DNA of 64,000 bases from an uncultured Alphaproteobacteria bacterium (GTDB taxonomy: Bacteria > Pseudomonadota > Alphaproteobacteria > Rickettsiales > UBA1997): positions 1,789 to 65,788 of the forward strand of contig CASELL010000003.1 of assembly GCA_949288805.1 (NCBI GenBank), given 5' to 3'. Below the pieces are notes generated by a model. That model saw nothing but the letters and a program-made list of their open reading frames with translations, was not told the DNA's origin and did no database searches. Shown here one piece after another: positions 37,583-48,036 of this stretch (positions are counted from its first letter, which is position 1; each line of letters begins with the position of its first letter). The translations under genes were made by a program, and so were the position numbers.

Positions 37583-38215
37583 CTAAAAATTTCTGTTTAG
37601 TTTATCATATCTTTTATGAATACATTGTAAAGTGGTTTTATGAACTCCTTTTGTTATATCGTAGTATACAAATCTTCCATCTCTTTTACATTTTACAAAT
37701 CCATCATCATGAAGCTTTTTTAAATACTGCGATACTTTTGCCTGTTTAATATCTGTATTTTTAACAATTTCCGAAACACAATTCTCACCATTAACAAGCA
37801 AAAAATCTAATATTTTAACTTTATCTATATTAGCAAATAATTTTATTCTACTAGCAACCATAGAAGTATAATCAATTGGTAGTATTTCTTTATAATCGTC
37901 ATCTAAAAATCTATCTTGATTAGATATAACAGCAAAAAGTTTTCTAATACAAACAAAAATGCTCGCTGGATATTCTTCAAATATACTATAATAAACAAAT
38001 ACACCGTCTTTTTTTGATTTTACTAGTTTAGCATCTTTTAGCTTTTTTAGATTTTGAGATATTATAATCTGTTCTTCATTTAAATCTGTTGTTATTTTGG
38101 ATACAGAAGAAGAACCACAAACATCAAGATATTCAAGTATTCTTAATCTTAATGGATGGGCTATATATGTCAGTCCAACTACAGCTTTTTTTAGAATATT
38201 TTCAGGTAATGTCAT
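37583..38215 (-). CDS. Transcriptional regulator with two tandem ArsR/SmtB-type winged-helix domains
   Basis: 210 aa. HPLRLRILEYL...VSKITTDL...ISQNLKKLKDAKLV...GVFVYYSI is repeated as KVKILDFLL...VSEIVKNT...VSQYLKKLHDDGFV...GRFVYYDI. Confidence 0.75.
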   Translation of the reverse strand: MTLPENILKKAVVGLTYIAHPLRLRILEYLDVCGSSSVSKITTDLNEEQIIISQNLKKLKDAKLVKSKKDGVFVYYSIFEEYPASIFVCIRKLFAVISNQDRFLDDDYKEILPIDYTSMVASRIKLFANIDKVKILDFLLVNGENCVSEIVKNTDIKQAKVSQYLKKLHDDGFVKCKRDGRFVYYDITKGVHKTTLQCIHKRYDKLNRNF

Positions 38216-38317
38216 TACAATAATAAAAAATACTTAATTTTAATTCTAAAATTATATTTTATTTTTTCAAATATTTTTTATTATATTGACTAATAAAATA
38301 ATTATTTTATTATCAAA

Positions 38318-39451
38318 ATGGTTAACCGTTTATTTAATATGTTAGAAAACAATTTGGCTAATATAATTAATAACGAAATATTACATAGAGTTATTGTTTC
38401 TATGTCTTATATTGTCATAGCTTATATATCTACAAAATTATTGGCTTTAATTTTAAAAAAAATAGAAGGAAAATTAAAAAATACAGAATATATATATAAT
38501 CTTGCTATTATATTAACAATAAAACAACCGATAATTATATTCATATGGATAACTTGTATTTTTAGTATACTTGTATATAATAACATAAGTTTAACTTTTT
38601 TATTTGAAGCTAGAATTATAATAATATCATTTGTTGTATTATGGTTATTAATGAGATTTATATCTCAGTATGCTCAAAGTGTAATACAAAGAAAAGAAAA
38701 AAATAAAGAAAATATAGATTATGGTGGTATAAGTTTTTTAAAAAAAATAACACAGATTTTTGTTTTTTTAATTGTTTCCATAATATGCTTAAGCAAACTT
38801 GGATTTGGGATGCAAAGTTTATTAGCTGTATCGGGTGCGGGTGGTTTGGCAATAGGTTTCGCAGCAAAAGACTTATTGTCAAATGTTTTTGGTGGATTAA
38901 TGATCTTTCTTGATAAACCTTTTAATGTTGGAGATTGGATAGCTTCACCAGATAAAGACATAGAGGGAGATGTTGAAGAAATAGGTTGGCGACAAACAAG
39001 AATATTAACATTTGCTAAATACCCAATTTATGTTCCAAATTCTGTTTTTTCTAGTATTATAATAGAAAATAAAAGTCGAATGAAATCAAGAAGAATAAAT
39101 GAAAACTTATCAATTAGATATCTGGATGTTTCTAAAATGGATAAGATAGTAAAAGAAATAAAAGATATGCTAAAAAATCATTCTAATATAAACCAAAGAA
39201 TGACAACAATAGTATGTTTTGATTCTGTAGTAATGCCAAACTCGGTGTTAAAATTAATGATTTATACTTTTGCTAACACAATAGAATGGGTTAGATATAC
39301 AGAAATTAAACAGGACATACTAATAAAAATTATAGATATAATAAAAAGTAATGGTGGAGAATTAAGTTATCCAGTTAGTGAAATTGTTATTAAAAACAAT
39401 AAAGAAACAAATTCACATTTTTCTTTAGAAAACAATATTTTTGATGAATGA
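38318..39451 (+). CDS. Mechanosensitive ion channel, MscS family
   Basis: 377 aa with N-terminal TM helices and the pore-helix/beta-domain signature GGLAIGFAAKDLLSNVFGGLMIFLDKPFNVGDWI. Confidence 0.9.
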   Translation: MVNRLFNMLENNLANIINNEILHRVIVSMSYIVIAYISTKLLALILKKIEGKLKNTEYIYNLAIILTIKQPIIIFIWITCIFSILVYNNISLTFLFEARIIIISFVVLWLLMRFISQYAQSVIQRKEKNKENIDYGGISFLKKITQIFVFLIVSIICLSKLGFGMQSLLAVSGAGGLAIGFAAKDLLSNVFGGLMIFLDKPFNVGDWIASPDKDIEGDVEEIGWRQTRILTFAKYPIYVPNSVFSSIIIENKSRMKSRRINENLSIRYLDVSKMDKIVKEIKDMLKNHSNINQRMTTIVCFDSVVMPNSVLKLMIYTFANTIEWVRYTEIKQDILIKIIDIIKSNGGELSYPVSEIVIKNNKETNSHFSLENNIFDE

Positions 39452-40419
39452 AAATTGGAATAGCTAGATTATACACTAAAAATTGTAGTTTAAATTTTAA
39501 TTATAAAAATGTTATAAAACTATATAAAGAAGCAACAAAAAACGATATAGATATAATTGTTTTTCCAAGATTATCTTTTACTGGTTTAAATATTAATAAC
39601 AACTTTAATAATAAAAAGTTTATTAATAGTTATATAGAATATATGAAAAAATTAATAAACTTAACAATAGGTGAAAAAACAAAAATATTAATAGGAAATC
39701 CATGTATAGAGGATACGTTTTTAGATTCTGTTTTTTTTATTGATGATGGTTATATAGATAGTATATCATCAAGAAAAGAAATAAATAAAAATAATATATT
39801 TAATGATTATAAATATTTTGATAAAAACTTAACACTAAATCAATTTATATATCAAAAGAAAAAGTTCACAATATTAATAAGTGATGATATTTATTCTAAT
39901 TTTAATGTTTTTCTTGTTAATGATAATAAACCTGACTATATTTTTTGTTTTGACACATCAATAAAAAATATAGAAGAAATAAAAAAACAATTAATAAAAA
40001 TATCAAAATTTGCCAACTGTCCTGTATTCTATATAAATAATGCTACAATATATAACTGTAATTATTTTAAAGGAGAGTTAATATTAATAAACGAAGATTT
40101 TGATATTAAACACTATGATATATATAAAAAAAATGAAATATTTTATTTTGATATAGATTGTGAAGATGGAACTGAATTATTTATAAATAAAAATAATAGC
40201 AAATCTAATTTTGATATAAGTTATTTATTGAAAAAAGAAAGATGTTTAATAGATATTAAAAATATTAATAAAGAAGATTTAAAATATATTAAAAATTTTA
40301 AAGTATTAGATGAAAATATAATATCAAAATATATAAATATTGATTTGTTTAATAGTTTATCAGAAGAAAGTAAAAATGAATTAAAAGATATAATATCAAA
40401 AAATATTGACTATTATTAA
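39448..40419 (+). CDS. Degenerate carbon-nitrogen hydrolase-like protein (resembles the NadE glutaminase domain)
   Basis: 323 aa. MKIGIARLY...IDIIVFPRLSFTGL parallels MKIALAQLN...ADLVVFPELALTGY, but the catalytic Glu is Arg. No NAD-synthetase ATP-PPase domain follows. Confidence 0.4.
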   Translation: MKIGIARLYTKNCSLNFNYKNVIKLYKEATKNDIDIIVFPRLSFTGLNINNNFNNKKFINSYIEYMKKLINLTIGEKTKILIGNPCIEDTFLDSVFFIDDGYIDSISSRKEINKNNIFNDYKYFDKNLTLNQFIYQKKKFTILISDDIYSNFNVFLVNDNKPDYIFCFDTSIKNIEEIKKQLIKISKFANCPVFYINNATIYNCNYFKGELILINEDFDIKHYDIYKKNEIFYFDIDCEDGTELFINKNNSKSNFDISYLLKKERCLIDIKNINKEDLKYIKNFKVLDENIISKYINIDLFNSLSEESKNELKDIISKNIDYY

Positions 40420-40434
40420 TAACAATGTTATAAT
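40406..40434 (+). promoter_or_regulatory. Near-consensus sigma70 promoter for tRNA-Arg (TTGACT-N17-TATAAT)
   Basis: ttgact is at 40406-40411 and tataat at 40429-40434. The -10 ends 8 nt before the tRNA 5' end. The -35 lies inside the 3' end of the upstream ORF. Confidence 0.65.
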
Positions 40435-40442
40435 CTTATTGA

Positions 40443-40519
40443 GCACCTATAGCTCAACTGGATAGAGTATCTGGCTTCGAACCAGACGGTTTAGGGTTCG
40501 AGTCCCTATGGGTGCACCA
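40443..40519 (+). tRNA. tRNA-Arg (anticodon UCG), CCA encoded
   Basis: Cloverleaf read by hand: acceptor GCACCTA/TGGGTGC (one G-U pair), anticodon stem TCTGG/CCAGA with loop CTTCGAA, T stem TAGGG/CCCTA with loop TTCGAGT. Confidence 0.93.
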
Positions 40520-42364
40520 CTATATATCGTTATCTATAGCGTATTTTAATATATCAACAGCTATTGGCGCAGCAGAAATAGATCCACCACCACCATGTTC
40601 CACAACAACACTAATAACATATTTTGGTTTTTCAAAAGGGGCAAAACCAATAAAAAGACCATGATCTCTAAACCTTTCTTCCAATTCTTCATTTTCTTCT
40701 AAAAGCCTTTCTTTGGTCGCCAAAGATATAACTTGTGCGGTTCCTGTTTTACCAGATAATTCATACTTTTTATTTTTTTGTTTTAACCATTTTGATGTTC
40801 CTTTTTTATCATTTATAACATTAAACATACCTTGTTTAATTATATTTATGTTCTCTTTATTAAACATAGGTTCATTTAAATATAAATAATCGTTGTAATC
40901 TCTTATAGAACTATTATAAATCAAAAATGGTTTTATAGGATATCCACCATTAACTATTCTTGATAACATAACAGCCATTTGTAGAGGATTAGCTAAAATA
41001 AAGCCCTGTCCTATTGACATATTTATTGTATCCCCCATAGTCCATGGCTCTTTATAAACACGTTTTTTCCATTTTGGGTTTGGTAAAACTCCTTTATTAT
41101 ATTCTGATAAATTAATATCAAAGTCCTCACCAATTCCCAATTTTTTAGCCACTGTATAAATATTATTTACACCAGAAAAAATACCTATATTGGCAAAAAA
41201 TATATTACAGGAAGAAGCTATCGCATCTATCATATTAGTTTTTCCGTGACCCTTCTTACTATATGTCCAACATTTGAATGTTTGTTTTTTTGTAATATTC
41301 ATTATTCCTTTACAATCAACTTCTTTATCTTTATCCCAACCATTTTCTAAAGCAGACATAGCAACAATAGGTTTAAAGGTAGAACCCATAGCATACAATG
41401 CACTTATTGTTTTGTTAAACATAGGTTTATCATCATTATTAACCAACTCACCCCAATAATCATTAGAAATACCATCTATAAATTCGTTTGTTTCAAAAGA
41501 TGGGGTAGATACCATAGCCAATATCTCTCCTGTTATTGGATTTAATACAATAATAGCTGCCCTTAAATCTTTTACTCTTTCGTAAATAAAATTCTGTAAT
41601 TTCATATCTATTGTTAATCTAATATCCTCTCCTTCAGTAGCCTCTTCTCTTTCTAATTCTTTTATTGGTATATTAAAAGCATTTGTTTCTATTTTTTTAT
41701 AACCGGAATTGCCAGTTAAAACTGAATTAAAAGAAGATTCTATCCCATTTTTTCCTATCTTAAAATTTGGATGCATCAGTATTTCTTTTTTTATTTTTTT
41801 CGATAATTTTTCTATATCTGTGTCATTAGGAGTAGCAACATAACCCAAAACATGTGCAAACTGTTTACTATATAAATATTCTCTGGTATAACCCTGTTCT
41901 ATTTTAATATTATTAAACATGTGCGCATTACTTTCTATTTTAACTAATTCTGTCCACGTTAAATTACTTAAAACAGATAGCATTTTTTTATTTTTATTAT
42001 TTTTTAATTGTTTTTTTATTTTATTAATTTTGTCATCATTTAAATCCAAAACAATTGAAAGATCTTTTATAAACTGATTCTCATCGAAGTCTTTGTTTTT
42101 ATATAATATTAGTTCATAACTATTTCTATTGTTTGTTAGTTTGTTCTCGTTTCTATCTAAAATATTACCTCTTAAAGGAGGTATTATTTCTATTTTAATT
42201 CTATTGTTTTCCGATCTATTTTTAAAATCATAGAAATTCAATATTTGTAAAAAAAACAATCTACCTACAAGTAACAATATAAGCAAGAATTGTATTATTA
42301 CAGCTATAATAACTCTTTTAATAAAAATACTACCTTTGTTATGTTCTTCTAATAGACTGGACAT
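40520..42364 (-). CDS. mrdA: Penicillin-binding protein 2 (elongasome transpeptidase)
   Basis: 614 aa with an N-terminal TM segment, the active site GSTFKP, and SCN-like and KTGTAQ motifs. The stop abuts the tRNA-Arg 3' end. Confidence 0.93.
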   Translation of the reverse strand: MSSLLEEHNKGSIFIKRVIIAVIIQFLLILLLVGRLFFLQILNFYDFKNRSENNRIKIEIIPPLRGNILDRNENKLTNNRNSYELILYKNKDFDENQFIKDLSIVLDLNDDKINKIKKQLKNNKNKKMLSVLSNLTWTELVKIESNAHMFNNIKIEQGYTREYLYSKQFAHVLGYVATPNDTDIEKLSKKIKKEILMHPNFKIGKNGIESSFNSVLTGNSGYKKIETNAFNIPIKELEREEATEGEDIRLTIDMKLQNFIYERVKDLRAAIIVLNPITGEILAMVSTPSFETNEFIDGISNDYWGELVNNDDKPMFNKTISALYAMGSTFKPIVAMSALENGWDKDKEVDCKGIMNITKKQTFKCWTYSKKGHGKTNMIDAIASSCNIFFANIGIFSGVNNIYTVAKKLGIGEDFDINLSEYNKGVLPNPKWKKRVYKEPWTMGDTINMSIGQGFILANPLQMAVMLSRIVNGGYPIKPFLIYNSSIRDYNDYLYLNEPMFNKENINIIKQGMFNVINDKKGTSKWLKQKNKKYELSGKTGTAQVISLATKERLLEENEELEERFRDHGLFIGFAPFEKPKYVISVVVEHGGGGSISAAPIAVDILKYAIDNDI

Positions 42365-42869
42365 TGTTTAGAAATTTGTTTCCAAAAATATAAAAAATTA
42401 CACAATATACAATATTAAAGAGTATATTCAATAAAAAAGTAACAAACGGCAAAAAATTTAAACTATAATACGATAAAACAAACCACTCTAAAACAAAAAA
42501 TATAATCATAAAAATAGAAACATCTCTTATAAAATATATAAAATATGTATCGTTTACCAAAAATTTTTTAATTAAAAAAAATAACCTATAAGAAATTAAT
42601 AAACAAAAACTAGATAAAAACATAGGAATAAAAGTATAAGAGTCCATTATCAAACCAAGTAAAAATAAATTAATTGAGGAATACAAATTAATATTTGTAT
42701 TCCACAAAAACTTAAAAAATATTAAAGTTATACATAAATTCGGAAGTGTTTTTAGCAATACATTTGAACTATTGCTAAAAATAACAAAAAAAATAAATAT
42801 AGAGTAAAATATAAAATATCTAACTATTATATCTATTTTGCTTTCCGAATTGCCACCATGTTTAAACAT
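42339..42869 (-). CDS. mreD: Rod shape-determining protein MreD (putative)
   Basis: 176 aa, polytopic membrane protein immediately upstream of and overlapping mrdA, the canonical mreD position. Confidence 0.55.
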   Translation of the reverse strand: MFKHGGNSESKIDIIVRYFIFYSIFIFFVIFSNSSNVLLKTLPNLCITLIFFKFLWNTNINLYSSINLFLLGLIMDSYTFIPMFLSSFCLLISYRLFFLIKKFLVNDTYFIYFIRDVSIFMIIFFVLEWFVLSYYSLNFLPFVTFLLNILFNIVYCVIFYIFGNKFLNNVQSIRRT

Positions 42870-43432
42870 TATTTACTTTTTTTACCATAATTGTTTATAT
42901 AATCACCTATTAATTGAGTTATAACATTAATAGTTGTATCTTTATTCAAGTATGTAGTATTAACAACTATATCTGTTGTATTATATATAGGATATTTTTC
43001 ATTATATAATTGAGTCATAGTTTCTGCTTTATCTTTACCTTCTAAAACAGGTCTATTGTTTCTTCTTTCGACTCTTTTTATTAAAACATCCAAATCAACA
43101 TCTAGAAAAATAGATATAGCTTTTTCTTTTATTATTTTTCTAACTTCCTCATTGTCATACGAATTGCCTCCTATTGATAAAACTTGCGGCTTCGTAATAT
43201 TTAATATTTTTTTTATAACTTTTTTCTCAACTTCTTTATAATATTGTTCGCCTTTTTTCTCAAAAATTTCAGTAGTAGTCATATTTTCTGATTTTTCTAT
43301 TTCTCTATCAGAATCTACAAACTTAATACCTAATCTTTGTGCTAAACCAAAACCTGTGGTTGTTTTTCCTGCCCCCATCATTCCTATTAAAACTATAGTT
43401 CTTCTTTGTGACGGGTGTAAAGTCTCTTCCAT
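42869..43432 (-). CDS. aroK: Shikimate kinase
   Basis: 187 aa with Walker A LIGMMGAGKTTTG, DSD and GGN(S) motifs. Confidence 0.85.
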   Translation of the reverse strand: MEETLHPSQRRTIVLIGMMGAGKTTTGFGLAQRLGIKFVDSDREIEKSENMTTTEIFEKKGEQYYKEVEKKVIKKILNITKPQVLSIGGNSYDNEEVRKIIKEKAISIFLDVDLDVLIKRVERRNNRPVLEGKDKAETMTQLYNEKYPIYNTTDIVVNTTYLNKDTTINVITQLIGDYINNYGKKSK

Positions 43433-43553
43433 TTTCTTAAATTAATGTTTATAAATTAATAAAAAATACTTGAATATTTCTTTAAAAGAAACAAAATAAT
43501 CGTAGTATACATATATATTTAATTATTTTTTTTAAAATATCAATAGAAAAGTT

Positions 43554-44159
43554 ATGACAAAAATACTAAATATTTCTACAATAGATAAAAATATTAATGT
43601 TTTTATACAAGAAGATAATAATATTATTGATTTTATAGAATCAAATAAAACAAACAGTCAAGCTGAATTACTTGTATATCTAGTTGAAGAATTATTTAAA
43701 AAAAATAATTTATCTTATAAAGATATTGATTGTTTTTCTGTGATAAATGGTCCAGGTAGTTTTATAGGAATAAAAGTAGCTATATCTTTTATTAAAGCAA
43801 TTAAATCTGTATATAAAAACAAAAAGTTTATAGTTAACAATGTATTTGATATATTATCATTTGATGAACAATATGATTATATTTTATTAAAAGCTGATTT
43901 AAAAAATTATTATATAAAAGATAGAAATAATAATATTAATATAATAAACTCTTTTGAAAATATAGAAAACAATAGCATTTTACTAACAAATATTAATGAT
44001 ATAGATATAAAAAAAAATATTGTATTAAAAAATAAAGATATTAGTATCAACAATATATCTAAACTAAATTATTTTAAATATAAAAATAATTTATTTAATG
44101 ATAATATAGAAGCTTTATATATTAGAGAACCACAAATTAATATAAAGAAAAATGAATAA
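43554..44159 (+). CDS. tsaB: tRNA t6A37 biosynthesis protein TsaB (divergent)
   Basis: 201 aa. INGPGSFIGIKVAISFIKA matches the TsaB GPGSFTGLRIG motif. Confidence 0.7.
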   Translation: MTKILNISTIDKNINVFIQEDNNIIDFIESNKTNSQAELLVYLVEELFKKNNLSYKDIDCFSVINGPGSFIGIKVAISFIKAIKSVYKNKKFIVNNVFDILSFDEQYDYILLKADLKNYYIKDRNNNINIINSFENIENNSILLTNINDIDIKKNIVLKNKDISINNISKLNYFKYKNNLFNDNIEALYIREPQINIKKNE

Positions 44160-44748
44160 AAATTATATTATAAACAATCTAGTTAATTCTTTACAAAAAT
44201 TACCTACTATTGGTAATAGAAGTGCTAAGAAAATAGCTTTATCAATTTTACAAAACAAAGATACAATTATAAAACCATTGATAGATTCTCTAAATGATGT
44301 ATATACAAAAATTAATAGATGTAAAGAATGTGGTAATTATACTGTCGGTGATTTATGTGATATATGTTCAAATGAAAAGAGAGATAAAAAAACAATATGT
44401 ATAGTAGAAAGTATAGCCGATTTATGGGCAATAGAAAATACTGGTGTCTATAATGGGCTTTATCATATATTGGATGGAACTTTATCTGCAATAGAAGGTA
44501 GAGGAGAAGAAGTTTTAAAAATAGAAGAACTAAAAGATAGAATTAATAAAAATAATATAGAAGAAGTTATTATTGCTACAAATCCTACATTAGATGGTCA
44601 AACTACTGCTTTTTATATAGTTAGTAGTCTTGAAGAATTGAATATAAAAATTACTCAACCAGCACTTGGGGTTCCAATTGGTAGTGAATTAAATTATCTT
44701 GATGATAATACATTAAATATTGCTTTTAAAAATAAAAAGGATTTTTAA
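44152..44748 (+). CDS. recR: Recombination protein RecR
   Basis: 198 aa with an HhH N-terminus (LPTIGNRSAKKIA), the C4 zinc finger CKECGN...CDICSN and a Toprim domain. Confidence 0.95.
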   Translation: MNKNYIINNLVNSLQKLPTIGNRSAKKIALSILQNKDTIIKPLIDSLNDVYTKINRCKECGNYTVGDLCDICSNEKRDKKTICIVESIADLWAIENTGVYNGLYHILDGTLSAIEGRGEEVLKIEELKDRINKNNIEEVIIATNPTLDGQTTAFYIVSSLEELNIKITQPALGVPIGSELNYLDDNTLNIAFKNKKDF

Positions 44749-44750
44749 AA

Positions 44751-45449
44751 ATGGAAAAAATTACAGAAATAAATGCTATAATTTTTAATTACTTACTAAT
44801 GACATTAAAAAAACTAGGTCTTGATGCTGACAAAAGAAGTTTTGATGAAATAAGATATATGCTAAATAATAACATTGTATTTGAAGCAGATGATTTCGCT
44901 TATGAATGTTTTTATGTTGTATGTGTTGCTGGCTTTAAACAAGATTATGCTAAAGCTATGTGTAATAAAATTATAAAATTAACAAAAGAAAATAAAAACT
45001 TTACTATTGAAGATCTATCAAAAATCTATGGTAATAAATTAAAAGTAAAAGCTATAAAAAATATTTGGGACAATAGAGAAACCTATAAAAACAAGTTTTA
45101 TGAATTAAAAAATATAGAAGATAAAGTAGAGTTTTTAGGTAGTCTGCCATATATAGGTAATATAACAAAATATCATCTAGCAAGAAATCTTGGACTTGAT
45201 TTTGTGAAATACGATATATGGATACAAAGATTGGGGGTTGCTTTGTATGGAACCGAAGATTTTGTTGATAAAGTAAATAATACAAAACTAATACCAGAAA
45301 TAAAACAATTTTGTGATATTATGTTTAATAAATTAAAAGAAGAAACTGGTGAAAAAGTTGGTTTTATTGATGTTGTGTTATGGCGATCTTGTCAAAAAGG
45401 ATTAATAAAAATTAGTAACAAAGATGTTTTTATTAGAAAAAAATTATAG
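44751..45449 (+). CDS. HhH-GPD-like putative DNA glycosylase
   Basis: 232 aa. KVKAIKNIW...LGSLPYIGNITKYHLARNLGLDFVKYDIWIQRL follows the helix-hairpin-helix plus downstream Asp pattern of the EndoIII/AlkA superfamily. Motif-level evidence only. Confidence 0.4.
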   Translation: MEKITEINAIIFNYLLMTLKKLGLDADKRSFDEIRYMLNNNIVFEADDFAYECFYVVCVAGFKQDYAKAMCNKIIKLTKENKNFTIEDLSKIYGNKLKVKAIKNIWDNRETYKNKFYELKNIEDKVEFLGSLPYIGNITKYHLARNLGLDFVKYDIWIQRLGVALYGTEDFVDKVNNTKLIPEIKQFCDIMFNKLKEETGEKVGFIDVVLWRSCQKGLIKISNKDVFIRKKL

Positions 45450-46641
45450 TAATATTTTTAATAAGAATTTAATTGCTTTATTTAAAATATTAATAAATAA
45501 AGGAGATGAAGCTAGATTAGTTGGTGGTTGTGTTAGAAATTATATTTTAAATAAAGAAATAAATGACTATGATATAGCAACAATATATACTCCTAATGAA
45601 TTGGAACAAATATTAACAAAAAACAATATTGCTTTTTTAACTGTTGGTAAAAAATTTGGAACAATAACAGCCTTATATAGAGGAGAAAAATATGAAATAA
45701 CAACATTAAGAAAAGATATAAAAACAGATGGAAGACATGCAATTGTAGAGTTCACAAGAGATTATAAAGAAGATGCAAAAAGAAGAGACTTTGCTTTTAA
45801 TGCCATGTACATAGATTTTAATGGAAAATTATATGATTATTTTAATGGACTAGAAGATTTAATTAATAATAATATATCTTTTATAGGGGATGCACAAAAA
45901 AGAATAGATGAAGATAATTTAAGAATACTACGTTTTTTTAGGTTTTATGGTTCGTATTGTTTTTCATCAAATTATAATGATTTATCTATTTGTAAAAAAA
46001 ATAAAAACAAAATAAAAAACCTTTCTTTAGAAAGAATTAGTGATGAAATACATAAAGCAATGCTATCAGATTCTTTTCTTGATATATTAACAATTATGCA
46101 AAATAACGATATTTTACAAGATATTTTCAAGACATATATAAATTTTAATAATCTAGAATTGTTTTTTTATATAAGAAAAAATCTCAATTTTCACTATAAC
46201 CATCTTTTTATTATAGCGTTGATATTATCAAACAATAAAATAAACTATGAACTATTACTTTCAAAAAAAGAAAAAAAATATATAAATACAATACTTCAAA
46301 ATATTCCAAAAATAATCAATAAATTTGAGATTAAGAAATTATTGTTTAATTTAAAGGATAAATTGTTAGTAAAAAATATAATAATTATTTATTTTTGTAA
46401 TAATTATAAAAACTTTAAAATTATAGAAAAAAACTTAAAACTTGTTGATAAATTAAATATACCAGCATTAGAAATAAATGGTGATGATCTAAAAAATAAT
46501 AATTTTAATATTAATAAATATGAATATAAAAAACTATTAGAACAAGCAAAGAATATTTTTGTAAGCAGTAATTTTAAAATAAAAAAAGAAAAAATTATAA
46601 AAAAACTATTAAAAGTAAATAACAAAAAAGAACATAAATAA
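45424..46641 (+). CDS. cca: CCA-adding enzyme / poly(A) polymerase family nucleotidyltransferase
   Basis: 405 aa with RLVGGCVRNYIL...DYDIAT and the RRDF..NAM motif. Confidence 0.88.
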   Translation: MFLLEKNYSNIFNKNLIALFKILINKGDEARLVGGCVRNYILNKEINDYDIATIYTPNELEQILTKNNIAFLTVGKKFGTITALYRGEKYEITTLRKDIKTDGRHAIVEFTRDYKEDAKRRDFAFNAMYIDFNGKLYDYFNGLEDLINNNISFIGDAQKRIDEDNLRILRFFRFYGSYCFSSNYNDLSICKKNKNKIKNLSLERISDEIHKAMLSDSFLDILTIMQNNDILQDIFKTYINFNNLELFFYIRKNLNFHYNHLFIIALILSNNKINYELLLSKKEKKYINTILQNIPKIINKFEIKKLLFNLKDKLLVKNIIIIYFCNNYKNFKIIEKNLKLVDKLNIPALEINGDDLKNNNFNINKYEYKKLLEQAKNIFVSSNFKIKKEKIIKKLLKVNNKKEHK

Positions 46642-48036
46642 GATAACTAAAAAAATTGAGAAATATGTTGTTAATAAAAGTCTTTTATTTGTTTTTGTAT
46701 CACTGTCTTCTTGTCTTTCGATAATATTTTTATTTACTAAAACCTTAAATATAATAAAAACAATGGATATTTTATTAACTATAAATGGCACTAAAAGAAT
46801 ATAATTTTTATCACTAAAAATAGATATAAAAAAATATTTATTAGCGATAAAACTCGAAGCTATTGGTAAATAAAGTCTATATAAAAGTATAACTATAAAA
46901 AAAACTTTTAAAAACTTACTATTATTTAACGCTGCTATGTTGTTTGTTTTATATTTTAAAGATATCATATCAGAAAAAAAATATAATGTTAAACTTATAA
47001 ATAGAAAATCTAAAACATAATCTATAACAATAGCAACATCATCATATAAAAATATAGCAATTACTGTATAAAATATACCGATCAAATTTAGTCTTATAAA
47101 AATATTAAATATAGAATTGTAGTTTTCCTTTTTAAACAACAATATAGAGTTATATATAATAGAAATAATAGATAAATATATAAATATTTTATCAATAAAA
47201 AATAAGTTAAATATATTTTCTGTTGGCAAAATATAAAAAATAACATTTGAAAGAAGAAAAATACCCAAAAGGCTATTTACAAATATATTTGATATTGAAA
47301 TAAAATTAACCGTTTTATAATCAGTATTATGATATCTACTAACACTATTTGTAAAAAACCTAATAACCACAGAAAAAACAAATAATAATATTATTAAGAA
47401 TATATTATAATATTCTTCTAATCTAATTGTTAATAATTGTTGTTTTATCAAAAAAATACTACTTGTATTAAAATATACTAACATATAAAATATGCTTAAC
47501 ATATTTAATATTGAACCAAAGATATTATTTGAGAAATATTTATATGACAATATGTTTAAATTTGTATCTTTATAATTTGTTATTATTATATAATTTGAAA
47601 AAGAATACAATTCTAAAAAAATAAATAAATGAAATATATTATCTGTCAATAATATACCTATAGTTGAAAATATATGTAAAAAATATATAGAGAAAAAATG
47701 TTTTATATATCCTATATCTTTCTTTTTTGTTAAAACTAAATCATCAACATAGTTTATAAAACCTATAAAATTTATAAACAAAATATTAACTAAAAAAAAT
47801 ATATTAAAAATATCCAATTTGAATTCTGTTCCTATTATATTAAACGTTGCTGTTGAATTTACAATTATAGTTGTATTTGGATCGATACTACTAAATATTT
47901 TAATTGTAAAAATTGTTAAGGTCATTAATATTAAATAACCAACATTACTTAAAAATCTCTTTCCCTCTAAGAAATAAATAAAAACAGAGGACATTAATGG
48001 AATAAAATATAATAAATAAGATAATGTATTACTCAT
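46609..48036 (-). CDS. Mrp/Mnh antiporter subunit D-like (NuoN/Proton_antipo_M family) membrane protein, degenerate
   Basis: 475 aa with about 14 TM segments. DNIFHLFIFLELYSFSNYIIIT and SYKYFSNNIFGSILNMLSI follow the family pattern. The canonical K..PFH.W.P segment reads IRFFTNSVSRYHNTD. Confidence 0.6.
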   Translation of the reverse strand: MSNTLSYLLYFIPLMSSVFIYFLEGKRFLSNVGYLILMTLTIFTIKIFSSIDPNTTIIVNSTATFNIIGTEFKLDIFNIFFLVNILFINFIGFINYVDDLVLTKKKDIGYIKHFFSIYFLHIFSTIGILLTDNIFHLFIFLELYSFSNYIIITNYKDTNLNILSYKYFSNNIFGSILNMLSIFYMLVYFNTSSIFLIKQQLLTIRLEEYYNIFLIILLFVFSVVIRFFTNSVSRYHNTDYKTVNFISISNIFVNSLLGIFLLSNVIFYILPTENIFNLFFIDKIFIYLSIISIIYNSILLFKKENYNSIFNIFIRLNLIGIFYTVIAIFLYDDVAIVIDYVLDFLFISLTLYFFSDMISLKYKTNNIAALNNSKFLKVFFIVILLYRLYLPIASSFIANKYFFISIFSDKNYILLVPFIVNKISIVFIIFKVLVNKNIIERQEDSDTKTNKRLLLTTYFSIFLVILFMFFFVIYF

